30,197 nucleotides of DNA, taken from Candidatus Hydrogenedentota bacterium (lineage in GTDB: Bacteria; Hydrogenedentota; Hydrogenedentia; Hydrogenedentales; GCA-2746185). Location of the stretch: NCBI GenBank assembly GCA_030123645.1, contig JASJYE010000001.1, positions 1 to 30,197 on the forward strand, written 5' to 3'. Positions 18,865 through 27,707 of the stretch are shown piece by piece (within the stretch, counting starts at the first letter, position 1; every line of letters starts with the position of its first letter). The notes under the pieces were generated by a model that was not told the DNA's origin, ran no database searches, and saw only the letters and a list, made by a program, of their open reading frames with translations. Made by a program: the position numbers and the translations under genes.

Positions 18865-19707
18865 CACGAATTTTCACCGTCCTTCGCAAGTACTGCTATG
18901 TATCGGCATCATCGAAGTTGCGGCTTCGACTGTTTAAGGCTCAATGATGCCTGCAGTCATCCTGGCCCGTATCGCTCACTGGATTTCGTAACGAGGGAAT
19001 CGAGACGGCTGATACGACCGTGTCTGTTCGAAGGCTTTGGGATGACAACGTGGAAAGTCATGCCGAGGTCGCAAGAATGCGCGCGAGCCGACGCAAACCA
19101 AACCGTTCCTACCAAAAGAACTGAGACGGCTGTCATACACTGACGTGCTTTTTCATCATCTTCCATCTCTGTATGTGGAACACTTCCGCTGACAGCAGTA
19201 CGCACCTCACAAAACTCACTACTTTCGCTGGAGGCTCCTAAGTCCCTGTGCTTGATGCACTAGTCCAAATTCACACAAGCATAAGGCGCGCCATCTCACC
19301 GAGAGCGGCATTTTTCGCCGCTTCTGGGGCGCGAAAGGGCCTATATGGTGGTGATTGGCGAAACCAAGGCGAAATCGCTTTCCTCACGAAGTCATGCAAT
19401 TTTGCAAGAGATTTCGACGAGAGTCCTGCAAGATTGCAAGACTCGCAGCGATTCTCTCTACCGCGTAGGGCACCAGTTTAAGGGGAACGGTCAAACACCA
19501 AGAATCCCTTCACTCAGGTTGGACCATAGAATGGGGGCAGGCCATATCGGCCGTACCGAAACCGACCCCGATGCTAGAGCGACGGGTCTGGAAGCGGTTG
19601 CGCTCGGATAAATCTTCTCGACGATGTCCCCCCGGGGAGTCATAGTACTCTTCTTCGATGTCAACGCTTTGGTGCTTGGATCGACTGGTAGATCTGAGTG
19701 AATCACG

Positions 19708-20283
19708 ATGAATCTTGACCAAAAACACGTCTATCTTCGCTCGTTGACCGTCCTCGTTGCAGTCCTCGGGATTTCGCTGAGCGCGTCCCCGCAGGGTTTC
19801 GAGCGGACCGCCCTGGACGAATACGTCGCCGTGCCCGACCGGAACTACGAGTATTCGGTCGTGGTGGATGAACTGCTCGACGGCTTCCGCCACGTGGTGG
19901 TCGACATGGTGTCGCAACAGTGGCTCACCGAGGAGGAAGTCGACAAGCCCATCTGGTGACACTGGCTGGTACTGGCGGTTCCCGATGAGATCACGTCGAA
20001 CCGCGCGCTGCTCTACATCAGCCGCGGCGATAACGACGATGGACTGCCTGGCCCTAAGCAGCTGACTTCGTACTTGGCGACAGCCACGAAAACTGTGGTG
20101 GCGGAGTTGCGCATGATCCCGAATCAGCCGCTGGTGTTCACGGACGACGGCAAGCCCCGAAAAGAAGACTCCACGATCGCGTACACTTGGGACAACTACA
20201 TGCGCACGGGCGACGAAAAGTGGCCCCTGCGGCTGCCAATGACGAAGGCTGTGGTGCGCGCGATGCGAAAAAACGACCCTTGA
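19708..20283 (+). pseudogene. PhoPQ-activated pathogenicity-related (PqaA-like) exported protein, pseudogene
   Basis: Signal peptide, TALDEYV, DMVSQQWLT, then in-frame TGA at 19957-19959 inside W*HWL. The same frame continues VAELRMIPNQPL, IAYTW, WPLRLPMTKAVVRAM; similarity stops at 20265 (about 185 codons, so truncated). Confidence 0.75.
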
Positions 20284-20372
20284 ACCCAAAGAACTTAAGG
20301 AGTACTCAAGGGAAACCTGATGCCCTATGGGACGACTGTAGAAGGAAATATGGACTTCATCTTGCGTCCCCG

Positions 20373-20462
20373 GCACGCTTGATGCACAAGCTCGATCTGA
20401 ATAGCACCGCGGAAATCATCCGATTTGCTCTGGAGAACGGCATTGTCGGTCAGATAGCGTAA
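20373..20462 (+). pseudogene. C-terminal remnant of a LuxR/NarL-type HTH response regulator
   Basis: ARLMHKLDLNSTAEIIRFALENGI matches the last helices of LuxR-type HTH domains; no receiver domain or recognition helix upstream. Confidence 0.6.
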
Positions 20463-20709
20463 GCCTATGCACGACAATAACCTACCACGTCGCGGCCATC
20501 CACCTCCCCTTTGATTTGTAGCGAAGCAGCTACAAGAAAATCATGATTCCAGCGACAGACAGCCCGGTGCGTTTCAGTCACAATAACATCTCTGTTGCTG
20601 CGGACAACAATCTGGGGAAGGAGGAATTGCACGGTCGCGCGTGTTGACGGCGTGCATAATTCCGAGTGCGATATCCCCAGTGGCGCCGCCTAAAGGATAG
20701 CGGGTAGTC

Positions 20710-21537
20710 GTGAATAACAGTCACAGGGAACAAAGCAAAGGAAGACCCGGCATCAAGAGCCGGCTTCGCAGCACTGTGCTCGTCGTTCTGGGCCTCCTTG
20801 CCGCCGTTCTTCTCGCCATAGCCGTTAAGACCGCCTGGGGCTATCTGGGGGGCCAATCCGTATTGAGCGCCGCCGCGCGTGGCGAAGCGATTGCCGGGCG
20901 CTTTGGCTGTTTTGCTTGTCACGGTCCAAGGGGAAGCGGCGGTGTGGCCGACCCCGCTTCGCCGTCGGGGAACGTCCCCGGCTGGGATCGTGGAACGATG
21001 GTGATGTACGCGCAGAGTGACACCGACTTACGCGACTGGATCTTACACGGCGCGCTCCAAGGCGAATCGGTGGACAAACACCGCGAAACGAGCGCCGGCA
21101 TCATTCCCATGCCGTCCTACGAGGACGAGCTTTCCAAAGGGGAACTTGAAGCGCTACTTGCCTATCTGAAAGTCGTTTCAAATTGGGGTGACGACATCCC
21201 CGACACGGCCTACGACGGCTGGAAGGTTGCGTCCCGAATGGGGTGCTTTGGTTGCCACGGGCCCGGCGGAACGGGTCGTGTTCCCAATCCGGGCAGTCTG
21301 AAGGGCTATATCCCGCCGTGGGACGGAGATGAATTCGCTGAACTGGTCCGAGACGACGACGAACTGCGTGCCTGGATCCTGGACGGCTTTCCTCCGCGGC
21401 TTGGCAAGAACCCTATCGCGCGATATTTCTTGGAAAAGCAGAAAACACCCATGCCCGCCTACCGCGACTACCTGTCCGACAAAGAGGTGGATAACCTGGT
21501 GGCGTACATTCGCTGGACAAGGAAACCACAACCATGA
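20710..21537 (+). CDS. Membrane-anchored dihaem class I cytochrome c (internally duplicated)
   Basis: N-terminal TM, GCFACHG and GCFGCHG, each followed by P-W...LR-WIL-G...PMP-Y; stop overlaps next start (ATGA). Confidence 0.88.
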   Translation: MNNSHREQSKGRPGIKSRLRSTVLVVLGLLAAVLLAIAVKTAWGYLGGQSVLSAAARGEAIAGRFGCFACHGPRGSGGVADPASPSGNVPGWDRGTMVMYAQSDTDLRDWILHGALQGESVDKHRETSAGIIPMPSYEDELSKGELEALLAYLKVVSNWGDDIPDTAYDGWKVASRMGCFGCHGPGGTGRVPNPGSLKGYIPPWDGDEFAELVRDDDELRAWILDGFPPRLGKNPIARYFLEKQKTPMPAYRDYLSDKEVDNLVAYIRWTRKPQP

Positions 21538-23348
21538 CCGGGCATTTTGAAGCAGCTCGGTGGTTAGTGGTGCTCATCGCCTTCGCGGCCGGTCCGGCGC
21601 TAGCCCCCGCAGCCGCGTCGGAGAATCCAAGCGAAGGGAAGGGCGCGTATCGTTCGCCCATCCACGTCTGCCTCTCGCCCGATCGCTCCCGGGCATACGT
21701 AGTCAACCAGACCTCCGACTCCGTATCGGTATTAGACCTTCGGCAGAGGCGAGTGGTCGATGAGCTATCGGTGGGATCTTTCCCTTCGCATGCCGTCTGC
21801 TCGCCGGACGGTCGCCTGCTCTACGTTACGTGCAACTACGATTCTCAAATTCAGGTCGTCGATCTGGAGGCGATGCGAGTGGTCCGGACCATTCCAGCCG
21901 GCTTTGAACCCTATGGATTGGCGTTGTCATCGAAGGGGGAACGCATCGCCGTTGCGAACGCGTTGTCGAGCACCGTTTCCATGTTCGCGGCGAAAGATGG
22001 CGAGCCGCTATGGGAAACGCGGGTGCAACGCAACCCGAAGTACCTGACCATCACGAGGGACGGAACACGCGTCTTGGTCAGCAACGGGCTGTCGCGCAGC
22101 GTCTCCATTCTCGATGGACGCACCGGTGAAATTATGGAAATCCGCGACCTCGGACGGGCCGGTATTTTGCGGCAGGTCGTCTGTTCCCCCGACGACCGGT
22201 GGGCCTTTGTCGCCCATATCATATCTCGTGACGAGATAACGCCTTTTCAGCTCGAACGCGGGTTTGTCCATGCCAACGGGATCTCGATTTTGGACCTCGA
22301 TCGGACCGGCCACCGGGTAACGGTCCTCCTGGACCGGTTCTTGGCCGGGGCGGCGAACCCGTGGGGCCTTGCCCTGTCGGAGAATGCCGAGCGGCTCTAC
22401 GTTAGCCTGGCCGGCGTGCACGAAGTGGCCATTGTTGACGTGCCGGCCCTCTTATCCCTCGTAGCCGAGACGGATACACCCGAAAAGGTAGCCGCGCTCG
22501 AGCGAGATGTGGAGATCATGGACCGCCGGGGCCTCATGCGACGCGTCGATGCCGGGGGTATCGGCCCGCGAGGCCTGGCGCTGAACGAAGCCACGGGCGA
22601 ATTACTGGTCGCCAACTATTTCAGCGATTCGGTCTCCATCCTCGATGCTGAAACCGGGGCCATTCAGGCAGTGATCCCGCTCGGTCCCCCTCAGGAGATG
22701 AGCACCTGGCGTAAGGGAGAGATGCTTTTCAACGATGCCCGGTTGTGTTTCCAGCAATGGTTCAGTTGCGCGAGCTGCCATCAAGAAGACGCAACCGTCG
22801 ACGGCTTCAACTGGGACCTCCCGAACGACGGTGTGGGCAACGCCAAAAACGTCAAGTCCCTTCACGATATTTACGACACCGCCCCGGCGATGTGGACCGC
22901 CGTGCGTAAGGGCATGGACGTTGCCGTGGCCGCGGGTCAACGCTTTCTCGGCTTTCTGCCGGAACCGGAGAATCACCGGGCGTTAATGACGTTCCTCAAG
23001 TCTCCGAGACGTCCCCCCAACCCCTATAAAACGCGCGACCCCGCGATGGTCGAGCGCGGCGAGCGCGTCTTTTACAAGGCCCGATGCCATGCGTGTCATC
23101 CCGCGCCGGTGTTTTCAGACCTGAAACGGCATGATCTCGGCCTGGCAAGTTCCACCGACCTGCGATTCCGTTTTGACACGCCTTCGTTGCGCGAATGTGT
23201 CCGGACAGGCCCGTACTTGCACGATGGCCGCGCTCAAACGCTCCGTGAGATCTTCACGAAGTACAATCCGAACAACCTGCACGGCCTGACGAGCAACCTT
23301 GCGGATTCAGAGTTGCAAGCGTTGCTGGAATACCTACGGAGCCTCTGA
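21534..23348 (+). CDS. Secreted YVTN/YncE beta-propeller fused to CcP/MauG-like dihaem domain
   Basis: Signal peptide; repeats such as SPDRSRAYVVNQTSDSVSVLD and SPDGRLLYV; SCASCH, RCHACH, TPSLR...GPYLHDGRAQTL, HGLTSNL. Confidence 0.85.
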   Translation: MTGHFEAARWLVVLIAFAAGPALAPAAASENPSEGKGAYRSPIHVCLSPDRSRAYVVNQTSDSVSVLDLRQRRVVDELSVGSFPSHAVCSPDGRLLYVTCNYDSQIQVVDLEAMRVVRTIPAGFEPYGLALSSKGERIAVANALSSTVSMFAAKDGEPLWETRVQRNPKYLTITRDGTRVLVSNGLSRSVSILDGRTGEIMEIRDLGRAGILRQVVCSPDDRWAFVAHIISRDEITPFQLERGFVHANGISILDLDRTGHRVTVLLDRFLAGAANPWGLALSENAERLYVSLAGVHEVAIVDVPALLSLVAETDTPEKVAALERDVEIMDRRGLMRRVDAGGIGPRGLALNEATGELLVANYFSDSVSILDAETGAIQAVIPLGPPQEMSTWRKGEMLFNDARLCFQQWFSCASCHQEDATVDGFNWDLPNDGVGNAKNVKSLHDIYDTAPAMWTAVRKGMDVAVAAGQRFLGFLPEPENHRALMTFLKSPRRPPNPYKTRDPAMVERGERVFYKARCHACHPAPVFSDLKRHDLGLASSTDLRFRFDTPSLRECVRTGPYLHDGRAQTLREIFTKYNPNNLHGLTSNLADSELQALLEYLRSL

Positions 23349-23352
23349 TGGC

Positions 23353-26300
23353 ATGAAAGCCCGTACGCCCAGATGTCTTAGGTCTCGCGCCAAAATAGAT
23401 TTGCTAAGATCGCAAAAAAAGGGGACAGTCCCGTCTACGCTCGTGCCTCGCTTCGCTTGGTACAGTCCCCAATTTTTGCTAACACCCTCGAACAGACTTG
23501 GAAAGGTTATTTCGATCAAATCCTTTAGCACCGGCTTCCTGCTGATGGGAGTCCTGCTCTGCTATGGCATTGACGGAGGCGCGGAGACGATAGAGCGCGC
23601 CGGGGAAAAACGGGGACTGTACCAAGCGCAGCGAGGTACGAGCGGAGACGGGACTGTCCCCGTTTTTCCCGCCACCAACGCAGAAGAAGTCCAACCCATC
23701 TCGCGACCCTCTCGCTTCGGCGTTCTTAGTAGCCGGCGCTGGGCCTATGGCCGGCCCTATGAGCGAGAGAGTCTCGCGCCCGTCAAGAACCCGAATCCCC
23801 GTCCTGAACCACAGCCCACCCGCGACCATCCCTTCGACGTGGCGATCTCCGGCGACGGCAGCAAAGTGTACGTGGGCCTCCAGGGCACGGAACTGCAACC
23901 GGGCAATGAAGTGGCCGTTTACGATGTTGCGAGCGATCGGGTAACGAAACGCATCCGCTTGATACCGCCGGGTGAGAATGGGGCGCCGGGCTTGAGTCCG
24001 TACCGGCTGACGGCTCATCCCGGCGGCAGGTTTCTCCTTGTCACCAATCGCTTTTCGAATTTCGCGAGCGTTATCGATATGCGTAGCGATACGGTCGTGA
24101 GCGAAATCCCTTTAGACTTCTACTGTCAGGGAGTCGCTTTCGATCGAGCCGGCCGCACCCTCTACGTCGCCAACCGATACCTGGACCAAGCCTTCGTGGT
24201 TGACGTACACGCCGAGGGAGAACGCTTCGACGGGTCCATGAGGATTCTCGGCGGCTTGGACGCGGACGCGTTCCTGGGCAATACGACCGGGGCCGGTCTG
24301 CATTCCATGCTGGCGCGCCGTTGCGGCACGATCGGATGCCACGATGCGCTTCGAGGAGGATTCGTTGCAGGCGCGGACCCGCTCGATAGTTTCTCCTCCG
24401 TTATCCCCCACGTGTCGCTCGGCAATCCGGCCAAGAGCCGATTGCTGCGGGCCGTTCTGCGTAGCCGCGACGGCGGATACGCGGACGCGATACCGAAGTT
24501 TCGCAGTCACGCAGCGGGCACGGTGGTGTTCCCGGACCCCCGCAACGACACCGATTACCAATCTATCGCGAGTTGGATTGCCGCGAGCGCCCCCGGCCCC
24601 GGCATCCCCGTAGCGAACGTGCGGAGTAAGCCGAAGGTGTGCGTCCTGTCCACCGATGGGCGGTATCTCTACGTGGGCAATACGGGTACGCAGGACATTT
24701 CGATAGTCGATACCCGTCTCAATCGCGAGGTCGGCGGCATTTACATACAAAATGTCGCAAACGATTTGGGAATCTACCACGATCCCCAAAGCGGCCATGA
24801 CTACCTCATCGTAACGACCCAAGGCATCGGATTCGGAGTGGGCCGGGAACGGGACCCCTACGGTGGCGAGACCTGGGACCGCGAAAATCCGGCGGCGCAA
24901 TTCACGGTCTGGCGCGATCTGGAGACGGCTCGCGCGTTTCCCAGGGAGCGCCAGGAAGTGCTGGGCCCCTTCGACGCCGTGGACGGTACGGCCGCCATCA
25001 AGTTCCGCGACATTCAAAACGACCTTCTATTCTTGGACCTAAGTGCCCTCGAGATCCCGAGCGATCCCCCCTCCGGCCAATTGGACTATGTGCTGCTGGC
25101 AAATAAATACGAATCGCACCGCGACTGGGTGCGGTATACTTCGGACACTGCGGAGTCCACGTATGGGGATATCAAGGGCGACATCCCCCCGGACCTCATG
25201 CGGGTTGTCGGTGCCATGCCCGAAAAACTGGTGATCGTGGGAGACCGCCTGTTTGTGACTATGCAGGCAAGCAATCTGGTCCAGGAACTACAGATAAACC
25301 CCAATGCGCCCGATCCCAGTGACTATCTTATACCCCTGCGCACCTATCCAACAGGTCTTCAGCCCATAGGGATTGTGGCCGGGCCTCCTGGGACGCCCTC
25401 AGAAGGCAAGCTCTTTGTGGCGAACTTCTTAGGGGGGTCAATTTCGGTTATCGATACCAGAAACGGAAGCTCCCGGGAAGTGGTGGTTGACCCCTCGGTC
25501 CTCCGCATACCCGTGCCCGCAACCAATGCGGAACGTGGGGAGGTTTTCGCACACTCCGCCGAGTTCTCTTCGGACGGCGATACGTCGTGTTTCCATTGCC
25601 ATTACCTGGATACGGGAGACGGCCGGCCTTGGGGCGTCAGCCAGGTCGTGGGCCAGGAATTCCTCTCGATCGAGGATGAGGTCGGCCAGTTGGCGATAGG
25701 GGGTACGATGGGGGTGCCTCAGATGCGGGGACTGTTTGCCATTCAACCCTTCTTTTTTGAAGGGGTCATTTCAGCCTTTGAACCGCGATCCATGATCATG
25801 GAACACGCACCCGCCGATGATTTCGCTCGCGCCACGCCGCAGGGAGATTTTACGGCCATCGAGGCCCATTACATTCAGACCGCGGCGGCCGACATCCAGT
25901 CCGGCGTGGATGCCTCGGCCAAATCCCAGGCTACCCATGACGAACGCCGCGACGAAATGTTTCGCCGCCAATCCATGAAGTATTTCGGCAAGTCTTTCAA
26001 TCTTCGAGATTTCCAGCGCTTCGTGGGCGAGTGGCAGATCCACGAACCCCGGCTTCTGCCCAATCCCTTTGACCCAGACCACCCCTCCGTGCGCCGCGGG
26101 AAGAAACTCTTCGAAGACCCGCAAGTCGGTTGCGCGGCGTGCCATGTTTCCCCCCATTTCACCAGAAAGGATTTTCGTGAAAACAAGGAACAGGCCTTCG
26201 AGTCCATGGTTACGTTTACCGTGCGCGACGGGGCATTTACGCTGATAGGAATGAACCGCCTCGATTACATCAATGGATATCTCAGGGATTTGGAACCCTG

Positions 26301-26667
26301 GGACATCGGCCGGGTCGAAGCAAACCAGGGCCACTTCACGACCTTTTCACTCCGGGGCATTTGGGACCGGCCCCCTGTTTTCCTTCACAACGGAATGGCA
26401 CGCACCCTTCGTGAGGTGGTGGCCAAACCGGGCCATCCCGGTCTGGGCACATTCAAATACGAACCACGCATTGGAGGCGTTCCCGAGCGGCCGGGTCGCA
26501 AGGAGGTCGGGTTTAACACCACGTACCTCTTCGCCGAGGCCGTTCCCGCGGTGAAAGCGCACATCAAAGCGGGATCGCGGATCGGCTTCGACACCCACGG
26601 CGGCACCTCGCAGTTGACGCGGCAGCAAATCGATGACCTGGTCAATTTCATAAACACTATAGAATGA
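23353..26667 (+). CDS. Large beta-propeller + CX4CH haem domain + CcP-like dihaem protein (start uncertain)
   Basis: Propeller repeats (ISGDGSKVYV, FDRAGRTLYVANRY, STDGRYLYVGN), CGTIGCH, SCFHCH, GCAACH, SLRGIWDRPPVFLHNG, HGGTSQL. Frame is open from 23299; possible ATGs at 23353 and 23545. Stop overlaps next ATG. Confidence 0.8.
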   Translation: MKARTPRCLRSRAKIDLLRSQKKGTVPSTLVPRFAWYSPQFLLTPSNRLGKVISIKSFSTGFLLMGVLLCYGIDGGAETIERAGEKRGLYQAQRGTSGDGTVPVFPATNAEEVQPISRPSRFGVLSSRRWAYGRPYERESLAPVKNPNPRPEPQPTRDHPFDVAISGDGSKVYVGLQGTELQPGNEVAVYDVASDRVTKRIRLIPPGENGAPGLSPYRLTAHPGGRFLLVTNRFSNFASVIDMRSDTVVSEIPLDFYCQGVAFDRAGRTLYVANRYLDQAFVVDVHAEGERFDGSMRILGGLDADAFLGNTTGAGLHSMLARRCGTIGCHDALRGGFVAGADPLDSFSSVIPHVSLGNPAKSRLLRAVLRSRDGGYADAIPKFRSHAAGTVVFPDPRNDTDYQSIASWIAASAPGPGIPVANVRSKPKVCVLSTDGRYLYVGNTGTQDISIVDTRLNREVGGIYIQNVANDLGIYHDPQSGHDYLIVTTQGIGFGVGRERDPYGGETWDRENPAAQFTVWRDLETARAFPRERQEVLGPFDAVDGTAAIKFRDIQNDLLFLDLSALEIPSDPPSGQLDYVLLANKYESHRDWVRYTSDTAESTYGDIKGDIPPDLMRVVGAMPEKLVIVGDRLFVTMQASNLVQELQINPNAPDPSDYLIPLRTYPTGLQPIGIVAGPPGTPSEGKLFVANFLGGSISVIDTRNGSSREVVVDPSVLRIPVPATNAERGEVFAHSAEFSSDGDTSCFHCHYLDTGDGRPWGVSQVVGQEFLSIEDEVGQLAIGGTMGVPQMRGLFAIQPFFFEGVISAFEPRSMIMEHAPADDFARATPQGDFTAIEAHYIQTAAADIQSGVDASAKSQATHDERRDEMFRRQSMKYFGKSFNLRDFQRFVGEWQIHEPRLLPNPFDPDHPSVRRGKKLFEDPQVGCAACHVSPHFTRKDFRENKEQAFESMVTFTVRDGAFTLIGMNRLDYINGYLRDLEPWDIGRVEANQGHFTTFSLRGIWDRPPVFLHNGMARTLREVVAKPGHPGLGTFKYEPRIGGVPERPGRKEVGFNTTYLFAEAVPAVKAHIKAGSRIGFDTHGGTSQLTRQQIDDLVNFINTIE
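23412..23479. repeat. 68-bp hairpin (REP/MITE-like) element, copy 1
   Basis: Arms GCAAAAAAAGGGGAC / GTCCCCAATTTTTGC (13/15 complementary). The core 23421-23470 is the reverse complement of 23612-23661 at 47/50. Confidence 0.85.
23603..23670. repeat. 68-bp hairpin (REP/MITE-like) element, copy 2, inverted relative to copy 1
   Basis: Perfect 15-bp arms GGGAAAAACGGGGAC / GTCCCCGTTTTTCCC; read in frame as EKRGLYQAQRGTSGDGTVPVFP. Confidence 0.85.
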
Positions 26668-27707
26668 AAATGAACAAACTCATTGGAAATCTTTCGTGTA
26701 GGCGCGCCGCTCCCGCACTCGCGGTCTGTGCAATCCTGGCATCCGGGCTGGCCGGGGCGCAGGCCTTGCGATACGAAGAGATCGTCCACGAAAAGGATGA
26801 ATCCGTCATGCTGATTGTTCCGGCGTCGGAGTTTCTTATGGGAACCGGCGAGCAGCATCCGGATCTCCCGGAAGATTTTTCCACGGAGGGTTCCCTTTCA
26901 CCTCGGGACGTGCTGATCGTCCGCGCGGCGCCCGCTTGGCGACACGCCGACGAACGCCCCGCTCGACGGGTGAGGCTCGATGCCTTTGCCATCGACCGCT
27001 ACGAAGTGACGAACGCCCAGTATCGTACGTTTCTGAAAGTGATTCGCGAAACGAAGGACCACGGGCGGTGCCACCCCGGCGAGCCGGCCGGGAAAGATCA
27101 CACACCTCGCTACTGGGGACACTACAATCCCTTACTCGAAGACCCCGCCTACCGAAAGACCGCGCCCTTTGGGCCGGATACGTTTACGCGGGAAGACAGG
27201 CCGGTCGTGGGCGTTGACTGGTTCGACGCCTACGCCTATGCGGCGTGGGCCGGCAAGCGATTGCCTTCCGAAGCCGAATGGGAACGGGCTGCCCGTGGGC
27301 AAGATGGACGCCGCTGGCCCTGGGGCGATGCGTGGCAATGGCGACTGGCCAACGGGGGCGGTGAGAAGAAGGGGCAGGACATTCAGGACACGGGCACCGA
27401 GAAGGACGGGTACATTTATGCCGCGCCCGTGGGCAGCTACCCGAAAGGGCGTAGCCCCGTCGGATCCGATGACATGGCCGGCAACGTGGCGGAATGGTGC
27501 GCCGACTGGTACCAGGGCGACTATTACGCCTCGGCGCCGGAAGAGAACCCAAGCGGGCCGGGCCGTGGCACATATCGGGTCGTGCGTGGCGGCAGTTCCC
27601 GGAACGCCCCCAGTAACATGCGTTGCGCGGTTCGCGGCTATCACGAACCGGAGTTCAAGACCTTTACGCTCGGATTTCGCTGCGCAAAGGATTGGGAGGG
27701 GCATTAA
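26664..27707 (+). CDS. Secreted FGE-sulfatase (SUMF1/PvdO/NirV-like) fold protein
   Basis: Signal peptide; FLMG, YEVTNAQY, PVVGVDWFDA, RLPSEAEWERAARG, DMAGNVAEW, RVVRGGS, GFRCA; no CxxxxC after RGGS. Confidence 0.88.
   Translation: MKMNKLIGNLSCRRAAPALAVCAILASGLAGAQALRYEEIVHEKDESVMLIVPASEFLMGTGEQHPDLPEDFSTEGSLSPRDVLIVRAAPAWRHADERPARRVRLDAFAIDRYEVTNAQYRTFLKVIRETKDHGRCHPGEPAGKDHTPRYWGHYNPLLEDPAYRKTAPFGPDTFTREDRPVVGVDWFDAYAYAAWAGKRLPSEAEWERAARGQDGRRWPWGDAWQWRLANGGGEKKGQDIQDTGTEKDGYIYAAPVGSYPKGRSPVGSDDMAGNVAEWCADWYQGDYYASAPEENPSGPGRGTYRVVRGGSSRNAPSNMRCAVRGYHEPEFKTFTLGFRCAKDWEGH

Noticed and set aside
18870-19700. FNR/CRP boxes, sigma54 promoter, RNA genes and short ORFs (18898-19143, 18957-19205, 19491-19706)
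   Set aside because: No TTGAT-N4-ATCAA, TGTGA-N6-TCACA or GG-N10-GC match found by eye; no tRNA-like fold; the ORFs lack RBS and recognisable motifs.
19957-19959. Selenocysteine or recoded TGA in the PqaA-like gene
   Set aside because: The position is not a Cys site, the gene is also truncated downstream, and TGA terminates many intact genes here.
23412-23670. Autonomous insertion sequence
   Set aside because: No transposase; only 123 bp between the elements; no clear target-site duplication.
21534-26667. Calling the propeller-haem proteins cytochrome cd1 nitrite reductase (NirS/NirN)
   Set aside because: NirS has an N-terminal monohaem domain before the d1 propeller; here the propeller comes first, followed by a CcP-like dihaem domain, and no haem d1 biosynthesis genes are in the window.
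21534-26667. Calling the locus a true anammox hzsABC cluster
   Set aside because: Only the architecture is similar. I cannot identify an HzsA orthologue or HAO-like genes, and propeller-CcP fusions also occur outside anammox bacteria.
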